DNA of 64,000 nucleotides from Dehalococcoidia bacterium (GTDB lineage Bacteria > Chloroflexota > Dehalococcoidia > Lucifugimonadales > Lucifugimonadaceae). The notes under the pieces are model-generated. The model was not told the origin of the DNA. It made no database searches and was given only the letters and a program-made list of their open reading frames with translations. The stretch covers positions 7-64,006 of the forward strand of contig JAYGCF010000008.1 in assembly GCA_046583495.1 (NCBI GenBank), in the 5' to 3' direction. Position numbers and translations under genes: made by a program. Shown here one piece after another: positions 48,897 through 58,969 of the stretch (positions are counted from its first letter, which is position 1; each line of letters begins with the position of its first letter).

Positions 48897-49652
48897 TTGC
48901 GAACTCCGATAGTTGCCGGGAACTGGAAAATGAACACCACAATATCTGACGCTAGCGCCCTGGCGCGCTTGGTCGCTGAAGGTGTCGGTAACATTAACGG
49001 TGCAACGATTGTCGTGTGTCCGCCATCGGTATCCCTTGTGCCGGTTTCTATGGCCCTGAACGGTTCGAACGTGTTCATAGGCGCCCAGAACCTGAACGCA
49101 GAGGCACAGGGTGCACACACCGGAGAGCTATCGGGAGACATGCTCGCTGGAATTTGCACCTACGTGATAGTAGGTCATTCAGAACGTCGTTCTATGTACT
49201 GTGAAGATGATGCCTCTACTGCGACAAAGGCACGCTCGGCACTATATGCAAAGCTTCGGCCTATCGTCTGCGTCGGTGAGTCGCTTGAGGTTCGTGAAGA
49301 TGGCCGTGCTAATGATTTTGTTGCCTCTCAGGTAAGCGGAAGCCTGACGGGGATACTTGATATATCTCAAGTCTCCGTCGCCTACGAACCAGTGTGGGCT
49401 ATTGGCACCGGACGCGCCGCGTCTCCTGAAATTGCACAGGAAATGTCATCGACTATCCGAGAATCGTTGGCATCTTTGTATTCACCTGAGGCGGCTGACG
49501 GTGTTCCAATCCTCTACGGGGGTAGTGTCAATGCCGACAATGCTTCGTCATACTCCGCTGTCTCCGATGTCGACGGTGCGCTCGTCGGGGGTGCGGCCCT
49601 GGACGGGGTCGCCTTTTCCCGCATTGTGGAGGCATTCGCAGCGACGGGCTGA
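48897..49652 (+). CDS. tpiA: triosephosphate isomerase
   Basis: VAGNWKMN, VGHSERR, AYEPVWAIGTG. TTG start. Confidence 0.95.
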   Translation: MRTPIVAGNWKMNTTISDASALARLVAEGVGNINGATIVVCPPSVSLVPVSMALNGSNVFIGAQNLNAEAQGAHTGELSGDMLAGICTYVIVGHSERRSMYCEDDASTATKARSALYAKLRPIVCVGESLEVREDGRANDFVASQVSGSLTGILDISQVSVAYEPVWAIGTGRAASPEIAQEMSSTIRESLASLYSPEAADGVPILYGGSVNADNASSYSAVSDVDGALVGGAALDGVAFSRIVEAFAATG

Positions 49653-49686
49653 ACGCTACGGACCAAGTTTGATCGACAATACCGGT

Positions 49687-50658
49687 GTGAATATTTCTGC
49701 CAAAAAACCCAAACTTCTCGTTGTGGTGGGTTCCACAGCTTCAGGTAAGACGAATTTATCCATACGTCTTGCCCAGCGATTTGGTGGAGAAGTAGTCAAT
49801 TCGGACTCGCGTGTTTTCTATCGTGGTTTTGATATAGGAACGGCAAAGCCGTCGTCCAAAGAGTTGTCAGCAGCGCGCCATCATCTGATAGATATGCTCG
49901 ATCCGGAAGACCATCTCGGACTTTCCGACTACCTTGGGATGGCTCGGAGAGCCATATGTGAAATCCGATCACGAGGTGTACTACCAATACTGGTGGGTGG
50001 GGCAGGACAATACGTGATCGGGCTAATTGAAGGCTGGAACGTGCCACGGGTACCGCCGAATACCAAGTTACGTTTTGATCTAGAAAAACTGGCTGATGCT
50101 CAGGGGCCTGAAGTGGTGTCAGCAAGGTTAAAAGCGGTCGATCCCGAGGCTGCGGCTCGTATCGACCCCCGAAACGTACGGCGTGTGATTCGGGCCATAG
50201 AGATTGCGGAATCGGGTTTAAAAACCGGCCCACGTCGTGCAGCGGATCCTCCATTTGACACCCTTATTTTGGGATTGAAGATGTCTAGAGAGAAACTTTA
50301 TGCTCGTATCGACGCTCGTATTGATCAAATGTTAATGGACGGATGGGTTCATGAAGTTCAAGCGATGGTTGAGCGAGGAGTTTCGCTGAGAGCACCGGCA
50401 ATGACCGGGATCGGTTATCGAGAATTAGCTGGGTACCTCGCAGATGAGCGTACCTACGCCGACGCCGTCCATGCTATCAGGCGTGCAACCCGCAATCTTG
50501 CAAGACACCAAGACAATTGGTTCTCAGCCCACGACGAACGCATAAACTGGCTTGACGCGAGTGATTCTGAAACGGCTGTAACAGCGGCTGAAAAACTGAT
50601 CTTGCCATGGTCATCTGATTTGTACTCAAACGTAGATTCTGGCAAAACACAACCCTAA
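49687..50658 (+). CDS. miaA: tRNA dimethylallyltransferase
   Basis: P-loop VVVGSTASGKT, NSDSRVFYRGFDIGTAKP, HHLID. The start is probably GTG 49687 or a nearby TTG. The ORF-track 5' extension overlaps tpiA. Confidence 0.9.
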   Translation: MNISAKKPKLLVVVGSTASGKTNLSIRLAQRFGGEVVNSDSRVFYRGFDIGTAKPSSKELSAARHHLIDMLDPEDHLGLSDYLGMARRAICEIRSRGVLPILVGGAGQYVIGLIEGWNVPRVPPNTKLRFDLEKLADAQGPEVVSARLKAVDPEAAARIDPRNVRRVIRAIEIAESGLKTGPRRAADPPFDTLILGLKMSREKLYARIDARIDQMLMDGWVHEVQAMVERGVSLRAPAMTGIGYRELAGYLADERTYADAVHAIRRATRNLARHQDNWFSAHDERINWLDASDSETAVTAAEKLILPWSSDLYSNVDSGKTQP

Positions 50659-50763
50659 AAAGACCATTTACCAGTTACTTGGCTAACAGTAGAATGTTAT
50701 TCACATAGAGATGCTTGTTTCGAGTACACGACCTCACATAATCACACACAAAAGGGGCAATAT

Positions 50764-51618
50764 TTGACGCTGCAATTCGTCAAGCTACATGGAGCCGGGA
50801 ACGACTACATAGCGGTGGATGGAAGAGGCATAGACCGGGACTGGGGTGAGTTATCTATCGCAATGAGCAGACTTAACTTTGGGGTTGGATCGGACGGCAT
50901 AACTCTCGTACAAGACTCTGACGTGGCGCAGGTCCGCATGCGTATTTACAACCCTGATGGTTCGGAAGCAGAGATGAGTGGGAACGGTATTCGTCTGTTC
51001 GCCAAGTTTGTTATCGATCGTAAGATCGCTATTCCAGGACCAGAGGGACTAATAGTTGAAACTGGTGGCGGTGTCCGTACGGTAGTACCGACTATGGAGG
51101 GCGACAAAATGGTATCTGCTCGTGTCGCCATGGGTGAACCTGAACTCGCACCAGCCGACATACCGGTGGATGCGGTTGCCATGGGCAATCCAGACCGCGT
51201 GCTTGACTATGAGATCGAGGCTGGTGGACGGAAGCTCAAGGTGACGTGTCTCTCTGTCGGTAATCCTCATGCCGTGGTGTTTCTGGAAGAAGATGTGGAC
51301 GAGTTCCCGTTGCTGGAGATCGGTCCTCACGTAGAGAACCATCCAATGTTTCCGAACCGAATCAATTTTGAAATTGCAAATGTGCTTGATTCCAGCACAT
51401 TGAAGGCTCGGATCTTTGAACGAGGGGCTGGGGAAACGCTCTCGTCAGGCACAGGAACCACGGCGACCGCTGTAGCAGCCAAACTTCATGGATTTACAGA
51501 CGATACGGTACGCGTTCAGGTACCAGGTGGCGAGTTGCGGATCACCTGGCCAGGCGAAGGTGAAATATATCTAGAAGGACCGGCGGTCGAAGTGTTTGAA
51601 GGAACTTGGGTAGGCTGA
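50764..51618 (+). CDS. dapF: diaminopimelate epimerase
   Basis: FVKLHGAGNDY, MSGNGIR (first catalytic Cys region), GNPHAV, SSGTG. Confidence 0.9.
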   Translation: MTLQFVKLHGAGNDYIAVDGRGIDRDWGELSIAMSRLNFGVGSDGITLVQDSDVAQVRMRIYNPDGSEAEMSGNGIRLFAKFVIDRKIAIPGPEGLIVETGGGVRTVVPTMEGDKMVSARVAMGEPELAPADIPVDAVAMGNPDRVLDYEIEAGGRKLKVTCLSVGNPHAVVFLEEDVDEFPLLEIGPHVENHPMFPNRINFEIANVLDSSTLKARIFERGAGETLSSGTGTTATAVAAKLHGFTDDTVRVQVPGGELRITWPGEGEIYLEGPAVEVFEGTWVG

Positions 51619-51705
51619 CAGTCCCATTAATTGGTCCTACCCGCATACAATCGTTTCTTGGCCAAGTAACGGGCAACAATCCAACAGATAAATTCAGGAA
51701 TAGCC

Positions 51706-52884
51706 ATGCACATTGCCGACCGCGTCACCCAGTTGCCCGAGTACCCATTTGTCACGATCTCTCGCACCATCGCAGCCAAGAAGGCACAGGGGATCGACGT
51801 GATCTCGTTCGGTATCGGTGACCCGGATCGTGAGACACCGGGATTCATCTTGGACGCTCTGGACAAGGGCACGCGTAACGCACCCAATCATCGGTATCCG
51901 GAGTCAGAAGGACTCCCAGAATTCAGAAAATCGGTAACTGACTGGTATGAACGAAGATTCGGAGTAAAACTGAACCCTGAGACCGAAGCGATCAGCCTTA
52001 TTGGGGCAAAAGAGGGGATTGGGCATGCTGCGCTGGCATTCCTTAACCCTGGTGACGTAGCGATCATGCCTGATCCGGCATACCCGGTGTATGACGTTGG
52101 CACGATTTTCGCCGGTGGGGTCAGTTATAAGGTCCCAATGCATGAAGAGTCCGGGTGGCTGGTGGATCTGGACGATATTCCATCGGCCGTGGCAAAAGAT
52201 GCGAAAGTTCTATGGCTCAACTATCCGAATAACCCGACAGGTGGTGTGGCTCCACTTGCATACTTTGACAAGGTTGTCGAGTTCGCCAAAGTTAATGATT
52301 TGATTGTTTTGCACGACAATTGCTACAGCGAGGTCGTGTATGACGGTTATGACGCACCCAGCTTCTTACAGGCTGAAGGTGCAAGGGATATCGGGATGGA
52401 GTTTCACTCTCTGTCAAAGACCTTCAATATGACGGGTTGGCGCGTCGGCGCTGCAGTTGGTAATCCTGACCTGGTGGAAGCATTAAGGGTAATTAAGTCC
52501 AATCTTGACTCTGGTGTTCCTCAGGCGGTCCAGGAGATGGCGATCGAAGCTCTGGACAACCATAACGACTGGGTGATTGAGAATAACAAGGGATATCAGG
52601 TACGCCGAGACAAGGTGGTTGATGCTTTGAGGTCCATTGGACTTGCTGTCATTCCTCCCCAGGCAGGTCTTTACGTTTGGACACGTGTGCCAGACGGATA
52701 CACCTCTGAACAATTCGCAAACGCGTTACTCGAAGATCGAGACATAGTTGTGACGCCTGGCGGCTCTTACGGCCAGTATGGTGAGGGTTATATACGACTA
52801 TCACTCACTCTAAATGACGAACGAGTGGATGAAGGGCTCTCTCGTTTACAGGACTGGAAGATTCCACCACCTCCCACAAGTTAG
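51706..52884 (+). CDS. dapL: LL-diaminopimelate aminotransferase-type class I aminotransferase
   Basis: LPEYPFVTISRTIAAKKAQGIDVISFGIGDPDRETP and SLSKTFNMTGWRVG match the DapL pattern as I recall it. It lies directly downstream of dapF. Confidence 0.75.
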   Translation: MHIADRVTQLPEYPFVTISRTIAAKKAQGIDVISFGIGDPDRETPGFILDALDKGTRNAPNHRYPESEGLPEFRKSVTDWYERRFGVKLNPETEAISLIGAKEGIGHAALAFLNPGDVAIMPDPAYPVYDVGTIFAGGVSYKVPMHEESGWLVDLDDIPSAVAKDAKVLWLNYPNNPTGGVAPLAYFDKVVEFAKVNDLIVLHDNCYSEVVYDGYDAPSFLQAEGARDIGMEFHSLSKTFNMTGWRVGAAVGNPDLVEALRVIKSNLDSGVPQAVQEMAIEALDNHNDWVIENNKGYQVRRDKVVDALRSIGLAVIPPQAGLYVWTRVPDGYTSEQFANALLEDRDIVVTPGGSYGQYGEGYIRLSLTLNDERVDEGLSRLQDWKIPPPPTS

Positions 52885-52904
52885 AGCACTAGAAAGTCGG
52901 AAAC

Positions 52905-54167
52905 TTGGCCAGATCCACAAGAATAAAGACCTCTAGACGACAAGAACGCGTATACGCGGTTAGCGCACAAGTACGCAGAGAGAAATCGCTCTGGCCCGTG
53001 GAAGATTCGCTTGATGAACTTGCAGCACTTGCTGAGGCATGTGGGGCAGAGGTAGTCGGACGTATGTCCCAGACCCTCAACAAGTTTTCGCCGACATACA
53101 TCGGTAAAGGTAAGATCGAGGATCTGAGGAATCAAATCCTGGAAACTCGCGCCGACACAGTCATTTTTGACGACGAACTGAAACCGTCCCAACAGCTTCG
53201 ACTAGAGGACGATCTCAAAGTAAAGGTGATCGACCGTAGTACTCTTATTTTGGACGTTTTTGCACGTCGTGCTCGGACAGCAGAGGGCAAATTACAGATT
53301 GAATTGGCACAGAGCGAATACCTGTTGCCGCGTCTTGCAGGTCAGTGGTCTCACCTTGAGCGACTCGGTGGAGGGATTGGAACCCGTGGCCCTGGAGAGA
53401 CCCAGATCGAGACCGACCGTCGACTGGTTCGCACCAAGATTTCGCGCATTAAGAAGGAGCTCAAGAAGGTTCGAATCAGACGCGAGGGCCAACGCAACAA
53501 CCGTCTCAGGTCTGATCTGGGCGTGGCTGCTTTTGTAGGTTACACAAACGCGGGAAAGAGCGCGTTATTCAATAAACTCACGTCGTCCGAAGTGACGGAA
53601 CGTGACCAGCTCTTCTCGACTCTGGATACAACCACCCGGCGTATCCATTTGCCCTCCGGTGCACCTGCGACTATCTCCGACACGGTTGGATTCATCTACA
53701 AGTTACCACCGGTTGTCGTAGAGGCATTTACTGCGACTCTTGAGGAACTAGAACAGGCTGATGTGCTGGTTCACGTGGTTGATGCCAACTCTGAGTACTT
53801 AGAGAAGCAAATCGAGGTCGTCGACAAGATTCTTGATGATATGGACTTATCTCACGTTCCGCGCATTTTGGTCCTGAACAAGATGGATTTACTCACAGAC
53901 GAGTCACCTTCACATCCACCGGTCTGGAACGTTGTGCTGAACGGTGACGGTCGACTGGCAGGTGCAACCGGGGTCGCTACCTCGGATGGGGACCTCAGAT
54001 CATTTGATCTGGCTGAACTCGGGATGGACCTACGAGGTGAAATCTCTCAAGTGGTGTTGGCGTCAGCAATTAAGGGCTGGGGTGTCCAAGATTTGCGTAC
54101 TGCAATAGATGAAGAGCTTAAGGAAGCAGCGGTGCGCGAAGCACAGGTAGTGGCGGCTGTTACCTAA
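52905..54167 (+). CDS. hflX: GTPase HflX
   Basis: HflX N-domain (LIFDDEL.P.Q...LE), GPGETQIE, G1 motif [24 protein letters not shown]. Confidence 0.9.
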   Translation: MARSTRIKTSRRQERVYAVSAQVRREKSLWPVEDSLDELAALAEACGAEVVGRMSQTLNKFSPTYIGKGKIEDLRNQILETRADTVIFDDELKPSQQLRLEDDLKVKVIDRSTLILDVFARRARTAEGKLQIELAQSEYLLPRLAGQWSHLERLGGGIGTRGPGETQIETDRRLVRTKISRIKKELKKVRIRREGQRNNRLRSDLGVAAFVGYTNAGKSALFNKLTSSEVTERDQLFSTLDTTTRRIHLPSGAPATISDTVGFIYKLPPVVVEAFTATLEELEQADVLVHVVDANSEYLEKQIEVVDKILDDMDLSHVPRILVLNKMDLLTDESPSHPPVWNVVLNGDGRLAGATGVATSDGDLRSFDLAELGMDLRGEISQVVLASAIKGWGVQDLRTAIDEELKEAAVREAQVVAAVT

Positions 54168-54221
54168 AGTGGTCCAGAGAAGACGTCAAACACACCGTTG
54201 AGACAGTTGTCAGGGCGCATA

Positions 54222-55175
54222 TTAAATTTGTGGGGCCAGTGAGCCATTCGGGTTCATGATTCCGGCTTCTATAAGCGCCCCACGGACTTCCTTAGTCTGC
54301 TCATCGGATAACGGAAGGTTAGGTAGTCGGGGCGCCGTTCCTTCGTATCCCAACAGGTTTAGACCTGTCTTCTGAACCCCCACGCCCCAGGACATACCAA
54401 GGTAATCAATGTGATTAATGCGGAGTTGGAGTTCCTGTGCGTCGGCGAATCGGCCGTCCAGACAAGCCTGGATGATGTCGCGGGCAATATGTGGGCCCCA
54501 GTTGCCGAACAAGAGGCAGGCCCCCACAGCTCCGATAATCCCTGCTGGCATTAACAATGTCCCATTACATGACCAGAGTTTTACCGCCGGGTGGACAAAT
54601 CGGGCCATTCGGCACTCATACCGGTAGTTCAATGACATGATATATGCGAATACATTGTCAAAAGCCGTAATATCGGACAACTCCGAAGGGCTCAGATCCA
54701 CCCCCATAGCTGTCTTAGGCTGGTGGATTATGATCACAGGAACAGGGCTTTCACGGGTCACTTTCTCGAAATAGTTTTGAACAGGCGCCTGTTGACCGCC
54801 ATCTCCAATTCTTGGAGGAACTCGTACCCGAACCATGTCGGCGCCAATTTCTGCATACAGATTTGCTAAGCGAACCGCTTCGGTGGGTGAAAGCGCGTCT
54901 ATCCCAGCGATGACAAAGCGGCGACCGGCGTGCGCCTCTACAACGGTATTCAGAGCGGAGACTTTCTCCGGTTCGCCCATGTGGAATTCCTCGCCACCGT
55001 AACTACCGACGACGAACCCTGAGAGTGCCGTACCGCAAAATCGGTCTATATTTCGAGTTAGGGCGTCCAGATCTAGCGACTCGTCGGCATGAAGTGGAAT
55101 ATTGGTCGGTGCAACGATGATTGGGTCTGATGAGGGAATTGGCATCCATGGTCCTTGATAGGTTGTATGGGTCAC
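54222..55175 (-). CDS. DapA/NanA-family class I (Schiff-base) aldolase/lyase
   Basis: 317 aa TIM-barrel pattern of the dihydrodipicolinate-synthase family (GFVVGSYGGEE..., VIAGI...). Substrate unknown. Confidence 0.7.
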   Translation of the reverse strand: MTHTTYQGPWMPIPSSDPIIVAPTNIPLHADESLDLDALTRNIDRFCGTALSGFVVGSYGGEEFHMGEPEKVSALNTVVEAHAGRRFVIAGIDALSPTEAVRLANLYAEIGADMVRVRVPPRIGDGGQQAPVQNYFEKVTRESPVPVIIIHQPKTAMGVDLSPSELSDITAFDNVFAYIMSLNYRYECRMARFVHPAVKLWSCNGTLLMPAGIIGAVGACLLFGNWGPHIARDIIQACLDGRFADAQELQLRINHIDYLGMSWGVGVQKTGLNLLGYEGTAPRLPNLPLSDEQTKEVRGALIEAGIMNPNGSLAPQI

Positions 55176-55575
55176 GTAACTTTTGGACTGGCGAGGATTG
55201 TACTTCTAGGGGTCTTAATGAAATCGAAATGCGAACTGATCGGATAGTCGGGGAGGCCCCGAGATGCGACTCACTTTGCGTCGCACTATAGTAGTTATGT
55301 CAACTACGTAATGTTAATTAACAAGTTCAATCGGGACATGTGCGTCCCATTTTCTTACCACTGACGAGTTCAACGCCCTCTCGGTACGGCAACTGGCACA
55401 TTACACCCAAATGATCTAGTTGAATCCCGGCGTTATGTAAACAATATTACTTAGTATTGGCATGTCATTGGTGCTACGCTCAATTGATTGTCGGTGGCCC
55501 TTGGCTGTCGGCCTTTTTGTTTGCGACCAAACGCCTGTGAGTGCTTCCGGTCTTAGAGGTAACATCAAAAACATC

Positions 55576-56862
55576 ATGCTGAAGAATCACAAGCGCTTAA
55601 AACTGCTTATTGTCGGTGCATTTTTGGTGATCGCTGTGGCGTGCGGGAGTGATGATAGTGGTAGTTCCGAAACCACAGCAATTGACGAAGGATTACCGGG
55701 ACGAGATCGGCTTATAGCTTCTGCTACACCTTTGCCAGTTATCGACAGTCCCAACGATATTCCAGATGGGCTCGAACCAGTATGGGAAACTTTTGCAGCC
55801 CTGGCTCGGGAGTATGTGGACCGAGAACATATCGATCCCGCAATCTTAGGACGTGGTGCTATCCGGGGCATGCTTGATGCGCTTGATGATCCTTACACAT
55901 CGTATGTCACGCCGCTGGGACGCGAACGACAACTTGAATCTTTTCAGGGAGATTTTGAGGGTATTGGCGCCCAAATTGACGCGACACCCGATGGCCAGAG
56001 GATCATAGTTGTTGCTCCAATACCCGATACCCCGGCGGAGCGTGCTGGTATCAAGTCGGGCGACATAATTCTCGCTGTGGATGGAGACGATACTGCGGGC
56101 TGGAGTGTGATTGATGCTGTTAACCGAATTCGAGGTGAAGGCGGAACTCCAGTCATTCTTACGATTCAGAGGCTAGGTGAACTGGATCCGATTGAAGTAC
56201 AAATTATCCGGGGAACCATTCCAACTGCAAGCGTCTTCCAACGAGACCTTCATGATGGTGACAATAACCCGTCAAACCCTCCGTACTCGGTAATACGAAT
56301 AACGCAATTTACGGAGCGAACGCCGGACGAGATTCGTTTTGTAATAGAAAATGTGAAGTCAGTCGGGTCCAAAGGTATCATCCTAGATGTTAGGTCTAAC
56401 CCTGGTGGTCTTCTTGAATCCACGGTAGACGTTGCGGCTGAATTCATGGACGGTGGTCTGGTGACGTACGAGATCAACGGTCGAGGTGTCCGAAAGGACT
56501 GGCCGGCTCACTCAGGAGGTAATGCCCTCGATATTCCCTTAGTGGTACTGGTCGATCAGTTCAGTGCCAGCGGCAGTGAGGTGTTAGCTGCGGCGCTTCA
56601 GGATCGAGGGAGAGCCGCTATTATCGGAGCTCAAACCTTCGGTAAAGGATCGGTGAATATCCTGCGTGACCTAAAGGAAGACGAGGGTGCTATCTACTTG
56701 ACTATAGGTCGTTGGTATACACCCAATGGAGGGTTGATAGAAGGAGACGGCGTTGTTCCGGATGTTGAGATAGAGCTCCCGTTTGACTCGGAGGTGGACT
56801 TCCAACTTGAGGCAGCCATTGAACAACTTAACTTCCAGTTATCGATCGAACAGGCTGGTTAG
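55576..56862 (+). CDS. S41 carboxy-terminal processing protease (signal-anchored or lipoprotein)
   Basis: MLKNHKRLKLLIVGAFLVIAVACGSDD signal, PDZ region GIGAQI...AGIKSGDIILAVDG, catalytic SASGSEVLAAAL and GKGSV. Confidence 0.9.
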   Translation: MLKNHKRLKLLIVGAFLVIAVACGSDDSGSSETTAIDEGLPGRDRLIASATPLPVIDSPNDIPDGLEPVWETFAALAREYVDREHIDPAILGRGAIRGMLDALDDPYTSYVTPLGRERQLESFQGDFEGIGAQIDATPDGQRIIVVAPIPDTPAERAGIKSGDIILAVDGDDTAGWSVIDAVNRIRGEGGTPVILTIQRLGELDPIEVQIIRGTIPTASVFQRDLHDGDNNPSNPPYSVIRITQFTERTPDEIRFVIENVKSVGSKGIILDVRSNPGGLLESTVDVAAEFMDGGLVTYEINGRGVRKDWPAHSGGNALDIPLVVLVDQFSASGSEVLAAALQDRGRAAIIGAQTFGKGSVNILRDLKEDEGAIYLTIGRWYTPNGGLIEGDGVVPDVEIELPFDSEVDFQLEAAIEQLNFQLSIEQAG

Positions 56863-56864
56863 TT

Positions 56865-57377
56865 ATGCCTCGACGCATGGCCAAAAAAGAAAAGACAGAC
56901 GTAACTGCTGTCGGGGCGCGGTATAAAACTATTGCGCAAAACCGTCGGGCCAGATTCAACTACGACCTGTCGGAGAAAATAGAGGCGGGACTTGTTCTCA
57001 GTGGTACGGAGATTAAGTCCGTGCGTGAAGGACGCGTCAATATAGCGGAGGCTTATGCGCGCATCCGCCACGGCGAATTATGGCTAATGAATACGCACAT
57101 TGCTGAGTACCATGGAGCGAGCCACTACTCCGCGCACGACACGTTGCGTCCGCGAAAGTTATTACTACACAAGAAGCAACTACGTAGATTGGAATTGGAA
57201 TTGGGACGGGAACGATCCACGCTCGTACCGTTGCGTCTTTACTTGAAAGACCATCACGCAAAGGTAGAAATAGCCGTTGCTAAGGGTCGTCGGCAGTATG
57301 ACAGACGCCACGCGATCAGGGATCGCGAGAATAAGCGGGACATGGATCGGGCGATGAGGCGCCGACGCGACGGATAA
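56865..57377 (+). CDS. smpB: SsrA-binding protein
   Basis: IAQNRRARFNYDL, GTEIKS, RKLLLHKKQL. Lies directly upstream of the tmRNA. Confidence 0.95.
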   Translation: MPRRMAKKEKTDVTAVGARYKTIAQNRRARFNYDLSEKIEAGLVLSGTEIKSVREGRVNIAEAYARIRHGELWLMNTHIAEYHGASHYSAHDTLRPRKLLLHKKQLRRLELELGRERSTLVPLRLYLKDHHAKVEIAVAKGRRQYDRRHAIRDRENKRDMDRAMRRRRDG

Positions 57378-57447
57378 AGAAAACCTCACCTTTAACGCTC
57401 CGTTATTACTTGTAGTGGCCGGTTTGCGGTACGATTGCAGAGTATCT

Positions 57448-57801
57448 GGGGACGCGTGGATTCGACAGTGAGGCATCCGCCAGACTGCAAGCCGAGGACG
57501 CCAGCCCCCTCGATAATCCGTTGGCGCAAAATTAACTGGCGAGAAACAACTCGCTATGGCTGCTTAATACCAGCCACGTGGCCCCGGTTCTTACCCTGAG
57601 GGAATCGGTGGCCGCGACGCTTACTCGGGGTGCTGTCCGCCTGACGCCGATTGGTGCGGACCTAAGACTATCGGCTGGTCGCCGAGGTAACCCGCCGGAG
57701 AGTGAACTGGGCGGCGAGAAAACAAATCACCGACTAAGCTTGTAGACGTCGAAGCGAAACCCTTGCTGGACGGGGAGTTCGACTCTCCCCCGTCTCCACC
57801 A
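57448..57801 (+). ncRNA. ssrA: transfer-messenger RNA (one-piece tmRNA)
   Basis: 5' GGGGACGCGUGGAUUCGACAG and 3' GGACGGGGAGUUCGACUCUCCCCCGUCUCCACCA form the tRNA-like domain with an encoded CCA. The tag ORF GGC GAG AAA CAA CUC GCU AUG GCU GCU UAA spans 57538-57567. Confidence 0.9.
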
Positions 57802-57809
57802 GGAACATT

Positions 57810-57843
57810 GATCAGCCCCCGGCCAAAACGCCGGGGGCTGATC
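57810..57843 (+). terminator. 13-bp hairpin after ssrA (termination/processing structure, no U-tract)
   Basis: GATCAGCCCCCGG-ccaaaacg-CCGGGGGCTGATC is a perfect 13-bp stem starting 9 nt after the CCA end. Confidence 0.5.
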
Positions 57844-57916
57844 TACTAACGCATATGCTTAGTAGAGCGTTATACCAAATAGGTCGGTCGAAGGTGGTGG
57901 TTCCGACCTGACATTC

Positions 57917-58915
57917 TCAGATGTTGAACTGAGGATCACTGTACCCGTCTAGTTTGTCGAAAATCTGTATCCGCCAACGCTGAGAATCAACGACTAATAG
58001 CCGTGACCTGGCTGCGTCATATTTAACTCCGGTGGGGAGGGCGAATCTGGTTTCAGGTTCCAGGCTGGCGACACGCCTTCGGGCTTTGTGTACATCAGGG
58101 TTACCGCGCACGTACTGCTTCTGCCACTTCGAAAGTTCTATCGCAGCGCCACGTAGTTCACTTATGAATTTAAATTCACTGTCAAAGACCTGTACTCGGT
58201 TGTTTACCCAGTCGCAGACGTAAATGTCCCCTTCAGGATCCACGGCGACATCAGAAGGATGATCGAACTGGCCGGGATCCGATCCCAGGCTGCCAAAGGA
58301 AGAAATGAAGTTTCCCGACGAGTCAAATTTCTGAACGCGGTGATTCTTGTGATCGGCAACATACACATCGTTATTGCCGTCTACCGTAATGCCCCATGGC
58401 GATTGGAACTGACCGTCACCCGATCCCTGTTCGCCCCAGCCATTTATGTAAACACCGTCCGTAGTTAATTCCTGAACTCGATGGTTAAGTGTGTCCACCA
58501 CCAAAATGTTGCCGGAGCTGTTAAACACGATCCCTGAAGGCCGGTCCAGTTGACCATCACTGCCGCCCTGCTCACCAATGTCGTTTAAGAAATGTCCGTC
58601 GCTATCAAAGACAGAGATCATGTGCCGAAGCTCGTCGGTCACGTACACATTGAGGTCATGACCGACCGCGACGCAAGCAGGCCAGGATTTTCTGAAGAAT
58701 CCTTCATTCACGTGACTGAAAGTCACAGCTATTTCTTCAGAGTCGGGCAGGTCACCGATGCTCAACTTTAAGACGTCGGTAAAACCGGCCGCCTTTTTCA
58801 CCATATAAACGTCGTCTCCCTCACCAAAAGCAAGGTTAACTATGCCTGTAATCTGCCTGCCGCCGACAACATGACTGAAGTCGTACGCCCGTCCGGATGC
58901 CGATGTCGTGAGCAC
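57917..58915 (-). CDS. NHL-repeat beta-propeller protein
   Basis: Six repeats with recurring ...V(Y)V(A/C)D..N(H/N)RVQ.F motifs (LNHRVQEL, KNHRVQKF, NNRVQVF, RWRIQIF). Confidence 0.8.
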   Translation of the reverse strand: MLTTSASGRAYDFSHVVGGRQITGIVNLAFGEGDDVYMVKKAAGFTDVLKLSIGDLPDSEEIAVTFSHVNEGFFRKSWPACVAVGHDLNVYVTDELRHMISVFDSDGHFLNDIGEQGGSDGQLDRPSGIVFNSSGNILVVDTLNHRVQELTTDGVYINGWGEQGSGDGQFQSPWGITVDGNNDVYVADHKNHRVQKFDSSGNFISSFGSLGSDPGQFDHPSDVAVDPEGDIYVCDWVNNRVQVFDSEFKFISELRGAAIELSKWQKQYVRGNPDVHKARRRVASLEPETRFALPTGVKYDAARSRLLVVDSQRWRIQIFDKLDGYSDPQFNI

Positions 58916-58969
58916 GTGGTCCTCTTCCGTGTCGTCAAGTTAAATCACCTGACGTTGTCGTGAATTGTT

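Noticed and set aside
54222-55175. The DapA-family ORF as the true 4-hydroxy-tetrahydrodipicolinate synthase of the nearby dapF-dapL genes.
   Set aside because: It is on the opposite strand, separated from them by hflX, and has no dapB partner. The family contains many sugar-acid aldolases/dehydratases, so I could not verify dapA-specific residues by eye.
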